Shown: piece after piece, positions 38,601-51,011 of the stretch
How positions within the stretch are numbered: position 1 is the first letter of the stretch
Layout: each line of letters starts with the position of its first letter
Assembly (NCBI GenBank): GCA_951406725.2
Contig: OX597824.1
Coordinates: 6,882,001-6,946,000, forward strand
Direction: 5' to 3'
Length of the DNA stretch: 64,000 bases
From: Octopus vulgaris
Taxonomy: Eukaryota
Position numbers and translations under genes: made by a program
The notes under the pieces: model-generated
Seen by the model: the letters and a program-made list of their open reading frames with translations, nothing else
What the model was told of the DNA's origin: nothing
Databases searched by the model: none

Positions 38601-38977
38601 AAGAGAGAAATAAATAGACAGAACAACATTATAAAATGTAGCGAAATGAAGCAATATAAAGATTAAGGGTGTATATGTGTGTGAGTGTTTGTGTGTGTAT
38701 GCGTATGTGTGTGTGTGTGTGTGTGTGCGCGTGTGTTTACATACTCATGCATACATCAGATATTTGAGAATTTAAAAGTGAGAAAAGGGGGGAAAAAAGG
38801 ATTAAAATGTTTTCCAAAGTACTTCAATAAAAGTACAGAAACAGCATCCTGCAGTGTATGGATGCAAGTAGTTGCATCTGTGTGCTTGTGCGGATAAAAA
38901 TATATATTTTCAATCACAGTATACACACACACACACCGATATATATATACATATATATACATATATATATATATACC

Positions 38978-39017
<40 letters not shown>

Positions 39018-39024
39018 TATATAT

Positions 39025-39093
<69 letters not shown>

Positions 39094-40684
39094 TATATGT
39101 ACATGTATATATGTACATATATATGTATGTGTGGATATAGTTAGTAGCTAAAACTCTACAAGAATACATCTGATTATCAACTTATGAACTGTTGTAATTA
39201 TTTCCAGTTAGTGACTTCTTTTGTAAATTGCTCGTTTATATCGCATCAATTCTCCGAGATAAATACCAATAGTTCTTTTGGAACTGTAGATTACTTTTAT
39301 CTTTTGGGTATTGTCTTTGATAAAAATAGAAAGGAATGCCACCGAAATGCAAAAAGGAAATCTACTTTTGTTATTTTGGTAAGGAAGGAAAAGCAGAGAG
39401 GAATAATATCGAAACTTCATACATATAGCAGCAGCCAGTGAAATCTACTTAAATACATATTGGAGATTACTGATAACCTATTAACGCATGCATGCGTGTA
39501 TGTGTATGTGTATGTATGTGTGTGTGTGCCTGTGAGAGAGTGCCATTTCTGTTATATATGAGTGTGTTAAAAGCGTAAATTAAATAGTTTATTGCAACAG
39601 TGAAGAAAACGAAAAAGTTTTTTAAAAAAAGCGGTATAATATACTATTAATAAAAGGCTTTCATTATCATCGTTATTATTGCTATTAATATTATTACTAT
39701 TATAATCACCATCATCATCATCTTCATCATCATTACAGAGTCTTTGAGTCTAGTATTTAATTTAAAATGTCTGTGCGTATGTATGCATGTATGTGAGCAA
39801 TGTAGCATGCTTATGAAATTCAAGTTTTTATACACACACATACACACACAGACACATACATGCACATAAACATGCACACATGAACACACAGACTTATACA
39901 CATACATATATGTACATACACATTGAGAGAGGGATATATATATACACACACATACACATGTATAAACTACTTAACAGAATTTGATGATATAAGAAATCCA
40001 AAAAATATGAAATAATTCTTTTTTTAAACAAAATGCTTATCGAAAAATAAAAAACAGAAAAAAGACCCAACATTTTTAGTCCAAATATAATGCTATAAAA
40101 TGGTATTGAATTGAAGAATAATGACAATTAATGAAAGGGATATAAAAGGGACATGTTCTAAATGAATTCTGCCATTATTCCATTGTCTGGTATTGAGTGA
40201 CGGAAACTGAATCCCAGACAAAATATCTGAAACACTAAAATGTCATCTCATTGAATTAGATTTGAAAGATTTTAGTGAAATAATGAATTGAAAAATTAAA
40301 GATAAATAAATAAAACAGGTGTGATAAAAAAAGAGAAAAAAGAAAAAGGAAAGGAAGACAGGTGAATTGCTTGAATCTCGTTATCTCAAATAATTAAATA
40401 CTACAATGGGATAAAGTGCTTCCTTGAGAACACTTTCCATTGAAAGAATGGTAAACAAATCAGAGAGTGAGACAAGGCATCGAGCAATTTATAACAACCC
40501 AGCTTTTATGGTTAATGTAATGGAGAAAAAGGGGTGAAATAAGGATAGTTGTCAAATATCATTGTTCGCATCATCACCATTGTTTAATGTCCCCTTTTCC
40601 CCATGCTGGCATGTGTTGGATATCCCAACACGAACTGACAAACCAGAAGGTTGTGCAGAGCTCCAGCATCTGCTTTGGCAGTGT

Positions 40685-40890
40685 TTCTCTCCACAACCTC
40701 CCTACCTCTAGGGTACACTTCAGGCTATCTATCCCTTATAGCTCTCCCTTACACTAACCCACTCCTTTCTCCCTCTCTCCAACCACCGACTTGAAACATA
40801 AAACCTTTTCTTCCCACCTTTCTCATTTCTCTGCCACATGTACCAACCACAACATTCACTACACCCAACTCCCTACTGGCCCTTCATCCT
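40685..40890 (+). repeat. Pyrimidine-rich duplicated blocks A+B (present as B...A at 41609-41906)
   Basis: A 40685-40781 matches 41807-41906; B 40781-40890 matches 41609-41718. Confidence 0.85.
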
Positions 40891-41147
40891 ACCTGAGGCG
40901 AACCACTGTACTGTATGCTCTTTTCCTGACACCAGCACTGGCAAGGTCAGCAGGTACCTGCTAAAACAAGTGCCTTCAACTGAGTGGGCTACAGCACAGT
41001 CTCTACGAGTGGATACCCTTCCAAACACCAACCACTCAATGCCAACCAATGAATGTAATTAAAATATCATTTTTAAAATGGCTTCCATAGAAGAAAATAG
41101 CAGATGATTGCTGATTTGGTTCCACAAAATCCATTAAACACATTAAA

Positions 41148-41340
41148 CATCATCATTTAATGTCCATTTTCCGTGCTAGCATGGGTTGGACGGTTTGACC
41201 GGGGTCTTGGAAGCCAGGAGACTGCACCAGGTTCCAGTCTGATCTGGCAGTGTTTCTACAGCTGGATGCCCTTCCTAACGCCAACCACTCTGTGAGTGTA
41301 GTGGGTGCTTTTTACGTGCCACCGACACAGGTGCCAGGGC
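41148..41340 (-). mobile_element. SINE-like family C 3' part
   Basis: Homology to the other family C copies. Confidence 0.85.
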
Positions 41341-41954
41341 AGGCTGGTAGCATCTTATATTTCAAACTCTGCATCATGCGTATGTATAACTCACTTACTC
41401 AGACTCTTGGTCCCTCCTGGGTTAGATAATATTTATGATCTTTCCCCACTCACTCCTATCCTGGGCCTTTCATTTGGCCCTAAGCTGGCTCCTGTTATCA
41501 TTCGTAGTGTCCTTCTTGTCCTCAGAATTGGGAGATATGCTTCAATTTCTTTGTCAATGTTTCAATTGAGATTTTTGCTTTTACAGCAAGACTGCAAATT
41601 CTACACTAAACCACCGACTTGAAACATAAAACCTTTTCTTCCCACCTTTCTCATCTCTCTGCCACATGTACCAACCACAACCTTCACTACACTACACTCC
41701 CTACTGGCCCTTCATCCTGCTCAATCACCCAACTGGCATCCTTTTCCCACCTGCATTTGCCTCAGTCTCATTAACCCCTCTTACAAATTTAAGGTGCTGT
41801 CTTGCCTTCTCTCCACAACCCCTCCCTGCCTCTAGGGTACACTTCAGCCTCTCTTTCCCTTATAGCTCTCTCTTACACTAACCCATTCCTTTCCCCCCTC
41901 TCTCCACTCTGTTTTCTCTCGCTCTTCTCTCACCTCCTCAGCACCATCTCATCT

Positions 41955-42357
41955 CTGTCAGATTTTCAAAGAGGTCATATTATTGGGCAATCTGAGGCCG
42001 GTCTTAGCCAGTGAAAAATTGCCAAAAATCTTCAAATTCCTCTTGATACTGTTAATAGAATCATAGTGCAATTCAAAAGCCAAGGAAAAGGATCAACAGA
42101 TTCTCGTCCCGGCTGACCTGGGCCCTTGGAAAGGAAGCTTCACTGTTTGAAGAGAATTGTGGAAAACGAACCCCGTTCGAAGGCTTCTGATATTGCAAAA
42201 CAGCTAGAAGTTAGTCCAAGAACATGTGTTACATATCTGCATAAGTTTGGGTATTATGGATGAGCAGCTAGAAGAAAACCTCTCCCTCAACCAATTAATA
42301 TCAAATAAAAGATTTTGAAAATTAAAGGTGTCTATTTACTTCCTGCACGTCTGTGTA
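41955..42357 (+). mobile_element. Tc1-like transposon remnant: N-terminal paired-like HTH region joined to the right TIR (DDE domain deleted)
   Basis: LSDFQRGHIIG...SQ*KIAKNL...RPG*P...VSPRT...GYYG*AARRKP; ends GGTGTCTATTTACTTCCTGCACGTCTGTG-TA. Confidence 0.85.
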
Positions 42358-43076
42358 TATTTATACACACACAAACACACTGATGTATGATCTCCACATA
42401 TCAGAACTGGCATATTGAAGAACACAATATCAACACATTTAAAAATCAACAATGCCGAACATTTATTATGTGGATTTTACATGCATGTTTTTCCTTTGTT
42501 AATTAATTTTTGGCGTTACACAATGTTCTTTTTTTTGAATTTTTTTTTACATCAGCTAAAATACATCTCCAGCTTTGTCTGACAAAAGAGAATTCCTACA
42601 AGAGGTATTAAGATACTAACAACAGTTAGGAAAGAAAAGAGAAAGAGTACGAGAAAGAGAGAAGGAGCGATGAAGTAATTTATAGCAGCATACATCATTT
42701 TATTGTTGAATATGTGAGAATCTCCCAAAGATATCATTTACTCTGGTTGTTGTGAGTTACACATGTGGCTAACAGGATAGCGAGATATTTTTCTTTTGAA
42801 ACATCAAAATCATGCAGGAAATTCCCCAGAAGATGATGCCAGAAAAAAATAAAGAAACAAAGAAAGAAAAAGAAAAGCCAAAAAAAAAAAAAAAATTGTG
42901 TGAAGCATGACTGTATTCCGTAGAGATTCTTGAAGAAATGAAATGGTTTCTGCTTTATTTATGATTTTTAATTCTTCGTGTTTGAATGGAGAGCGCATTG
43001 CAGTCAGCGGGAGAATAGCTATTGTTGCGGTAATTATTATTTTTTAATCATTATTATCAGATTCATAGTTCAATAC

Positions 43077-43125
<49 letters not shown>

Positions 43126-43297
43126 GACACACACACACACACAAGCGTACAGACACACACACACACACACACACACACACAAGCATGCCCATTTGTATTG
43201 ATACAGAAAAGGAAAAGTTTTGAGATGAAAGCAAAAAAAATTTTGCTAGATTATTAATAAATTCAATTCACAAAGGTGATTTAAAAAATGCTTAGTA

Positions 43298-43612
43298 GCA
43301 GTCATAATTATGTGGTTAAGAAGTCCACTTCTCGATCACGAGGCTTCCGGTTCAGTCCCACTTCATGGTACCTAGGGCAAGTGCCATCTGCTAAAGCCTC
43401 AGGCTCCCCAAAGTGTTGGGAGTGAATTTGGTAGATGGAAACTGTGAGGAAGCCTACCATGTGTTCATGTGTTTGTCTGTCCTTTTTGTTTGTTCACTAC
43501 CACTATCTGACACCTAGTGTTGGTTTGTCTCATTTACATAACTTAGTGGTTCAGCAATAAAAGACTGATAAAATAAGTACCAGACATAAAAAATTAGTAC
43601 AAGGGATGATTT
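43298..43612 (+). mobile_element. Degenerate SINE family A
   Basis: GGTTCAGTCCCAC, TTTGGTAGATGGAAACTG, ATAAGTACCAG. Confidence 0.7.
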
Positions 43613-43656
43613 CGATATTATTATTATTATTATCATTATTATTATTATTATTCAGC

Positions 43657-43919
43657 GTTTAACGTCCGCTTTCCATGCTAGCATGGGTTGGACGATTTTG
43701 ACTGAGGACTGGCGAACCAGATGGCTGCACCAGGCTCCAATCTTAATCTGGCAGAGTTTCTACAGCTGGATGCCCTTCCTAATGCCAACCACTCCGAGAA
43801 TATAGTGAGTGCTTCTTACGTGCCACCGGCATGGGGGCCAGTCAGGTGGTACTGGCAACGACTTCACTCGAATCTTTTACACATGCCACTGGCACAGGTG
43901 CCAGTATGGCGATGCTAGT
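43657..43919 (-). mobile_element. SINE-like family C (left arm of inverted pair)
   Basis: Reverse complement of 44019-44281. Confidence 0.9.
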
Positions 43920-43929
43920 CAAAAGCTAA

Positions 43930-44300
43930 GAGCACCATCTGAGCGTGATCATTGCCAGAGCGGCTATCCGGCTTCTGTGCCGGTGGCACGTAAAAGACAC
44001 CATTCGAGCATGATCGTTACCAGCATCGCCTTGCTGGCACCCGTGCCGGTGGCATGTGTAAAGGATTCGAGCGAGGTCATTGCCAGTGCCACCTGACTGG
44101 CCCCGTGACGGTGACACATAAAAGCACCCACTACACTCTCAGAGTTGTTGGCATTAGGAAGGGCATCCAACTGTAGAAACACTGCCAGATTAAGATTGGA
44201 GCCTGGTGCAGCCATCTAGTTTGCTAGCCCTCAGTCAAAATCGTCCAACCCATGCTAGCATGGAAAGCAGACGCTAACCGATGATGATGATGATGACGAT
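43930..44300 (+). mobile_element. SINE-like family C (right arm of inverted pair)
   Basis: (ATG)n tail at 44280-44300. Confidence 0.9.
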
Positions 44301-45457
44301 GAAGGCTGCTGTCACACTGGACTTTATAACATAATATTAGCTATTTCAATGGTGCGATGGAGTAGCTAACATCCTACGATCCTGAACACTACAGAATGTT
44401 GGAAATTGCAGATAAAGTTTTATTACCAATATGACAAAGTGCTGAAGTTGGTGCAAAGGAAGAAACGGCCAGGTTATAAGATGGAAGGTGGGGGGGGGGG
44501 GGCTAGAAAATGCTATATCTGTAAGTGACAAAAACGTTTCTGTCAATATATTCCGGATAAAAGTTTACCAGAAATGTTTACGAAGTGTGATGTTAGCTGA
44601 GAATAAAACATGAACAGTAAGTGGTGAGAATCTGCAGTGATTAAAGAGAAATGAGTTGAGTATGGTCTGCTGGATATATTTATTATAACATTAACACAAG
44701 AGGTTAAATGCAAATGAATTGAACAAACAAATGGATAAAATCTATTGGCAAATATTGACTTGTTTGAACTCTCTAATGGTTATTTCTGGTTAATATTGAG
44801 AGGAAGTGTGTGATAATTCCTATGATAACTGGAGAAATATTATTAGCTGACTCATAAATATATTCATACCATTGAGTACAGAATAGATGTACATGTGAAT
44901 AGGTCTGGAAATGTGTATGGTGGACACGTATGGCATAACCATCAGCAGCGAACACAGAATTCTCCATGCGCAGATCCATGGTCATCCGAGAGTGATGGAT
45001 GCTTATCTTTCTAGACGCGCGCCTGCATGTGTACATGTGTGTTTTACTCTTCTATTCTTTTACTTGTTTCAGTCATTTGACTGTGGCCATGCTGGAGCAC
45101 CGCTTTTGGTCGAGGGACCCTCAATAGGTTCCTAATGTTGAAATTGCAATAGGGAATTAACCATTTATTTTTAATTTGTGGATTCTATATGTCATGTTGC
45201 CCACAGACAGCTTTTATCACAAGGAGAAATAATATGACTGATAATAATAGCTTTATAGCAGTTTGGACTGCTATTTCTAAACATATAAGGGTTTTTGAAA
45301 CCCTCATGGTTATAATTGTGACTTGTTCATAATTATAAACATCCTTCTTCTATGTATGATAATATGTTTGGACAACCACTAACCCTCAGTGCTACCAGCA
45401 TGAAGTAGCAAACAACAACAAAAACAAAAAGAGTGCGCTAAAACATGATAGACAAAT

Positions 45458-45660
45458 CATCATCATCATCATCATCATTTAGCATCTGTTGTCCATGCTG
45501 GCATGGGTTGGACAGTTTGACTAGGGGTGATAAGCTGAGGGGCTTCACCAGACTCCAGTCTAATTTGACAATTTCTACAACTGGATGTCCTTTCTAACAC
45601 CAACAACTCTGAGAGTGTAATGGGTGCTTCTCACGTGCCACCGACACAGGTGCCAGGTGT
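45458..45660 (-). mobile_element. SINE-like family C 3' part
   Basis: Homology to the other family C copies. Confidence 0.8.
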
Positions 45661-45774
45661 GTGTCATAAGTATTTGCCATGACAACGAATTCACTAGGAT
45701 TAATATGTATGACCCATTAATTCTAGTGAATATTTAATCCTAGTGAATCCTAGTGAATATTTAAACATGCATAT

Positions 45775-45831
<57 letters not shown>

Positions 45832-46940
45832 TATATATGTGTGTGTGTGTGTGAAGAACATAAGTGGGATTCACATTCACAATGGCTGTTTTGGGAGCAT
45901 TTTATTAATGTATCCTTGGATTACATGGTGGCAAAATCCACCTGTCAGGTAAATTTGAAATATATAAACAGGTAAGACAGAAACAGAAGGCGACCAGTTT
46001 GCCAACGATCATTACAGAACAAGTGAAATTTTTTGAGAAAATTTCACTTATTCTGCAATACATACACACATACATATATATATACACACATACATGCAAG
46101 CACACACATAAATATAGGCATACATATTCATACATATAGAGATACATACATATATACATATAGATACATACATACATGTATGTATGTGTATGTACATATA
46201 TATATATATGTTTGTACACACAAACACACAAACAAAGAAGATCATGGAATTTTTTTTTTACCTAGTGTCTTCACAGTTTTACCCAATTTTTAAAAGACTT
46301 TCATATGCACACAAGAACTTAATCCGGTTTAATCTCAGTAACTTCTTTCTTTGGAAAAAAGTGTCAAAACTTTATCTCATACACACGTCAGAAACCTTTT
46401 ATCAGATTAATATACAATAATAAATAAACGAAGACTCAGAAATGGTAAAAACTGACTCAGAATGACACACTTTATTCATCTGGACATCAAGGAAATTTTA
46501 TTTATTACTGTTCTTGTTGTTATTATTATTACTATTATTATCATCATCATCATCATTATTATTACTTTGAAATGTAGGTGATGGACAAATTGTCTATTTA
46601 CACATAGCTGTACTTTTCCTCCAATAATTTTGAAGGGGATAAAAACAACAAGACAAACTATTAAATCACGATATAGATTTCTGCTTATTTATTTTATTTA
46701 TATTAATCCCTTGATTAATCGTTAAAGTTTTGGTGAGGAATCACACAGATCTCTTACAATGAAATACTGTTTTAATTTTCCTTCGTTAAACCAAAAAGTG
46801 CCCCTATCAGAAAACTTAAATTACAACCCACAGTTTGGCTCTACTTTCAGTTATCGGATAAAATGGTTCTTCTTATATCTAAAAGCAGAATTTGCATTCA
46901 AGAGTGGCTTTTTAATGAATTTTACCAATATGTTTTATAG

Positions 46941-47281
46941 TTAATCCTTTAGCATTCAACCTATTCTGTCAAACGTAAAGGGTAATGAACCCCTTCAGTC
47001 GTGTATGACCATAAGCTTGCACCTAGAAAGTTCCCCTCTGAAGCACAAGTCAGGAGAAGGTTTGTTTATGGAAGGCCAGCAATCAATCGTAATGCTTATT
47101 TATTCATTGTTTTGAATTTATTCAGCATTACCTTGTAGTCTTGAAATTTTCATTATATGACTGCATATTATTTTGAATGGCATTGTAGGGTCAATGTGAA
47201 AGGCCAAATCTGGTCAGTTTGAACATAAACAAGGACGAATATTTTGGATGGATTCGGCTGGTTTAAATGCTAAACGGTAAA
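46941..47281 (+). mobile_element. Second piggyBac-type MITE family (M2), interrupted by a ~104 bp insertion at 46979-47082
   Basis: TTAA-TCCTTTAGCATT ... AATGCTAAACGG-TAAA; TSD-like TCAAACGTAA (46969) / TCAATCGTAA (47083). Confidence 0.7.
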
Positions 47282-47380
47282 TTTTAAGTAGACTGACCCA
47301 TCTACTGTGTACAGCATGTTCCTTGATATTCTGCAATTTACTCATTCAAATAACTTTTAACATTTTTCTAAAGCAGTTCT

Positions 47381-47554
47381 ATAATTAAAAGATGAGGAAT
47401 TATGTACACTATTTACATTTGACGGATATTTGTCCTCTTCTTGTTTGTTGTTAACACAACATTTCGGTTGATATACCCTCCAGCCTTCATCAGGTCTCTT
47501 GGGGAAATTTCGAATCTGGGTTCTTATTCCTCAGGTATTTTTCAATGTTATTAC

Positions 47555-47589
<35 letters not shown>

Positions 47590-47727
47590 TCATTGCCTGG
47601 AATCGAACTCAGAATCTTTGGGTTAGTAGCCCGCGCTCTTAACAACTACACCATATACCCATGGGCATAGTGGTTAAGAGCACAGGCTACAAACCCCCAA
47701 GATTCTGAGTTCTATTCCAAGCAGTGA
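47381..47727 (-). mobile_element. tRNA-headed, hammerhead-tailed element (family P3) with inverted 5' duplication
   Basis: Minus strand: tRNA-like head with B box GAGTTCGATTCC, then (TAA)n, then hammerhead 47453-47498; head duplicated in inverted orientation at 47668-47727. Confidence 0.7.
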
Positions 47728-48494
47728 TTAATTTAGACACAAAATTTGCACCAAATAACTAGAGGTGGTCTTGGATGGATATGTATCAGAAAAGGTTAGA
47801 GACACTTCAAAAATGAAGTTTCTTTAACCTGAGCCTTCGATTTTCTTTCCTATAATCGATGAGGGTTTTCTCTTTGATTCCACTGCCATTTTATCAGCAA
47901 CATAGAATTCTGTTGCAGTTGGAAAACTGTTTGTTTGGCTAACGCTATTAATTTTGTAATGCATCACTTCAATTATCCCTTTAATTGCATTCCAACTCGC
48001 CTGTCTGGTCTCTGGAGCACTTTTGCTCCTTTGTAATCTCCAGTCTTTTATCAGTTATTGACACTACTCCCCACCCCCTCATCCATCAGGCTTCCCGTCT
48101 CAATAGAATTAGTTAATATTTCCTACACACTGAACACACTTTTCTCCTCTCTGTTATATCAAACTCGTTAATCTCTCTTATTTTCTACTTCCTTCGTTAA
48201 TTCCCATAATTCTCACCTTCACCCATGACTGCAATTTCTCATTTAATAAATATTTCCACAACTTCCAGATGAATATCTGTCAGCTGTCTATTTTTTTTTC
48301 TAATCGACTCAACACAAACTGAATCCTAATCTCTTGCCAATGTTGATGAAACAATGCCCTGAAAATGTTGGTACATCGGTTAATCAGTAAACTTTTCCAT
48401 AACTTATCATTTGTTGGTGTACACTAATTAAAATAAAAAATATATATAACATTCTACAACCCCATATACAGCTTTGCTTTCATATTCCGCAAAA

Positions 48495-48664
48495 AAGCAC
48501 CCACTACACTCTTGGAATGGTTGGCATTAGGAAGGGCATCCAGCTGTAGAAACATTGCCAGATCAGATTGGAGCCTGGTGCAGCCTCCTGGCTTGCCAGT
48601 CCCCAGTCAAACCATCCAACCCATGCCAGCATGGAAAGTGGATGTTAAATGATGATGATGATGA
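48495..48664 (+). mobile_element. SINE-like family C 3' part
   Basis: Homology and (ATG)n tail. Confidence 0.85.
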
Positions 48665-48952
48665 TAACTACTACTCTTCACAACAAACATGACATGGTTT
48701 GAGATACAAGTAAATCTGAAGTGGTTTGAACTATATTCATACCATTATTTTAAAGGTTTCCAGTAGGTATATGGTCAAGTGTAAGGGCATGAGAGAGAGC
48801 AAGAGAGAGAGAGAGAGAGAATGAGAGAGAGAGTCTGTGTGTATGTGTGCATGTGCAAAGAATTTTTACTTAAACAAATATTTCATATTATGATACATGA
48901 TAACTTGACTGATTGAATACAATTATAATTGTTGAAACTTTTAACCTCATCT

Positions 48953-49167
48953 TTAACCCTTTCGTTACTGTATTTATTGAGATGCTCTGTGTTTCTTTCG
49001 ATTACTTTGAATATAACAAAGAATTTAGTAAACTAACTTAGTTATTATCATTCAGCTAGTGTTAGGAACATAAATTGTGGAAGATTTTAATTCAAAACTT
49101 ATGAAAACAAGGCATTTGTACTTAGAGCCAGAGCCAGTTTCAGCCGGGTTGGTAACGAAAGGGTTAA
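48953..49167 (+). mobile_element. piggyBac-type MITE M1, copy 3
   Basis: TTAA-CCCTTTCGTTAC ... GTAACGAAAGGG-TTAA. Confidence 0.9.
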
Positions 49168-49391
49168 CCTTTTGATACCAATCCAGCTGGAACCACCTCT
49201 GGCTCTGTAGTACAAATGTCTTGTTTTCATAAGTTCGAAATTAAAATCTTCCACCAAAATATGGTAACAATTTATGTTCCTAACACTAGCTTAATGATAA
49301 CCAAGTTATTTTACTAAATTCTTTGTTATATTTAAAGTAATTGAAAGAAACACAGAGCATCTCAACAGAAATATGGTAACAAAAGGGTTAA
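49164..49391 (-). mobile_element. piggyBac-type MITE M1, copy 4, inverted and sharing the central TTAA
   Basis: Reverse complement of M1; ends GTAACAAAAGGG-TTAA. Confidence 0.9.
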
Positions 49392-49480
49392 GAAGAAGAA
49401 TAATCAGCAGGAAACATAAGAGAAGGAGACCTCAATGTGGTCACTCTATATGCTAGAAATAACAGCCTAAATTTCCTTCA

Positions 49481-49654
49481 ATAATAATAATAATAATAAT
49501 AATATCATTGGAAAATATGCTAGGAATGAGAACCAAGATTCGAAATTTCCCCAAGACACCTGATGAAGGCTGGAGGGTATACCAGCTGAAATATTGTGTA
49601 CACAACAAATAAGATGAGGAGAAATATCCGTCAAATGTAAATAATGTAAATAAT
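49481..49654 (+). mobile_element. 5'-truncated family P3 copy with hammerhead at 49555-49600
   Basis: GACAC-CTGATGA-A-GGCTGG...CCAGCT-GAAA-TAT-T-GTGT; reverse complement of ~47400-47585. Confidence 0.75.
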
Positions 49655-50309
49655 GTTTATGCTCTTAGTTTGAATCCCCTCAAGTCCTAAATGGTGATTG
49701 GTGATCAAACTAATGGAAACATAACAAAAATGTGAATATTGATATATTTTTCATCTCAAGAAACATTTAATAGTGCACAAAATTGGTAATCACATTAAAA
49801 AGCCATCTATGTATTTACTTCAGAAACGCTCGTAATTAAAATTTCAAAAACAACCGTTAACGCCTAAGGTATCCATATTTGTTCACTTTTGATAGATAGT
49901 CCTTTGTTTTCATTTGCATAAATATTAATTCGTTATGGATTTTCCTCGATCGATTACACATCAAACGGAGAACTTCTAAGCCATTGCTTGACTTCTTAGA
50001 AACAATAACCAAACTTCTCGTTAATCATACTCTAGCATCCATCTATCCATCTCCAAAAAAAAAAGAAGAAAAAACAAAAAAAAAAAACAAGGCAACGGCA
50101 ACATACATCAAATAATGTATGTCCGAAATACCATTAAAAAGATAAGATAACCATTGACAGGCTAAGCAACAACAGCATTATCTCTCTATGTCTATATATA
50201 GATAATAATTATTTCTTACTCTATGTTGTGATATATTTATTTCATTTCTGGCTTTTGTTTTTAAGTAGGGACACCAATTCCTATAAAAGTTAACTCTCAG
50301 GAACCACAA

Positions 50310-50460
50310 GAACTCAGTTTCGGGTGAATGCAGTGGAACAATGTGAAATGAGTGGAGTCACTTTACTCAAAGATACAACATGTTGCCTGCTCCAGGAATT
50401 GAGCTCACGACTTAATGATTGCAAGCCCAACACCTTAACCACTGGGCCACGTGCCTTCAC
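50310..50460 (-). mobile_element. SINE family E head
   Basis: CCTTAACCACTGGGCCACGTGCCTTCAC; homology to 13250-13388. Confidence 0.7.
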
Positions 50461-50675
50461 TAATAAAATAAATACCATAGGGAAATAAATATTGGGAGTT
50501 GATATGATGGACGAAACCAATGAGGTTTAAGCGCTCCAGCATGGCCACAGACTCATGACTGAAAGTAGCCAAAAAGTAAAAGGATAAGTCACTCAACTGT
50601 AAAACACAATAACCACCAGGCTTTATGTCTGCAGTAATAAATGAAATACCGGAATGAAATCGGTTTAGTGGGTTG

Positions 50676-51011
50676 TTATGACGAGCTAAATTTACGACCA
50701 GCTTATGATCAACAAAACTTATGACCAGCTAAACTTATGACCAACAAAACTTATGACCAACTAAACTTATGACCAACTTAGGACCAACTAAAATTATGAC
50801 CAACTTATGACCAACCTATGACCAACTTATGACCAGTTAAACTTATGACCAACTAAACTTATGGTCAACTTATGACCAGCTTACGACCAACTTATGACTA
50901 ACTAAACTATGACCAACTTATGGCCAACTAAACTTATGACAAACTTATGACCAACTAAACTTATGGTCAACTTATGACCAGCTTATGACCAACTTATGGC
51001 CAACTAAACTT
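50676..51011 (+). repeat. Minisatellite of mixed 11-mer (CTTATGACCAA) and 16-mer (CTTATGACCAACTAAA) units
   Basis: Seen directly. Confidence 0.95.

Noticed and set aside
39208-39378. Candidate 171 nt phase-0 exon (TTTCCAG...TTG|GTAAGG, open frame LVTSFVNCSF...)
   Set aside because: No recognisable protein similarity and no partner exons; such signals arise by chance in AT-rich DNA
44848-45015. GC-richer stretch with open frames on both strands
   Set aside because: Short, no recognisable domain, and splice signals are weak
47590-47727. tRNA gene or pre-miRNA hairpin
   Set aside because: It lacks a complete acceptor stem and is the inverted duplication of a SINE head; the tRNA-like heads of families A, B, D and E are likewise not tRNA genes
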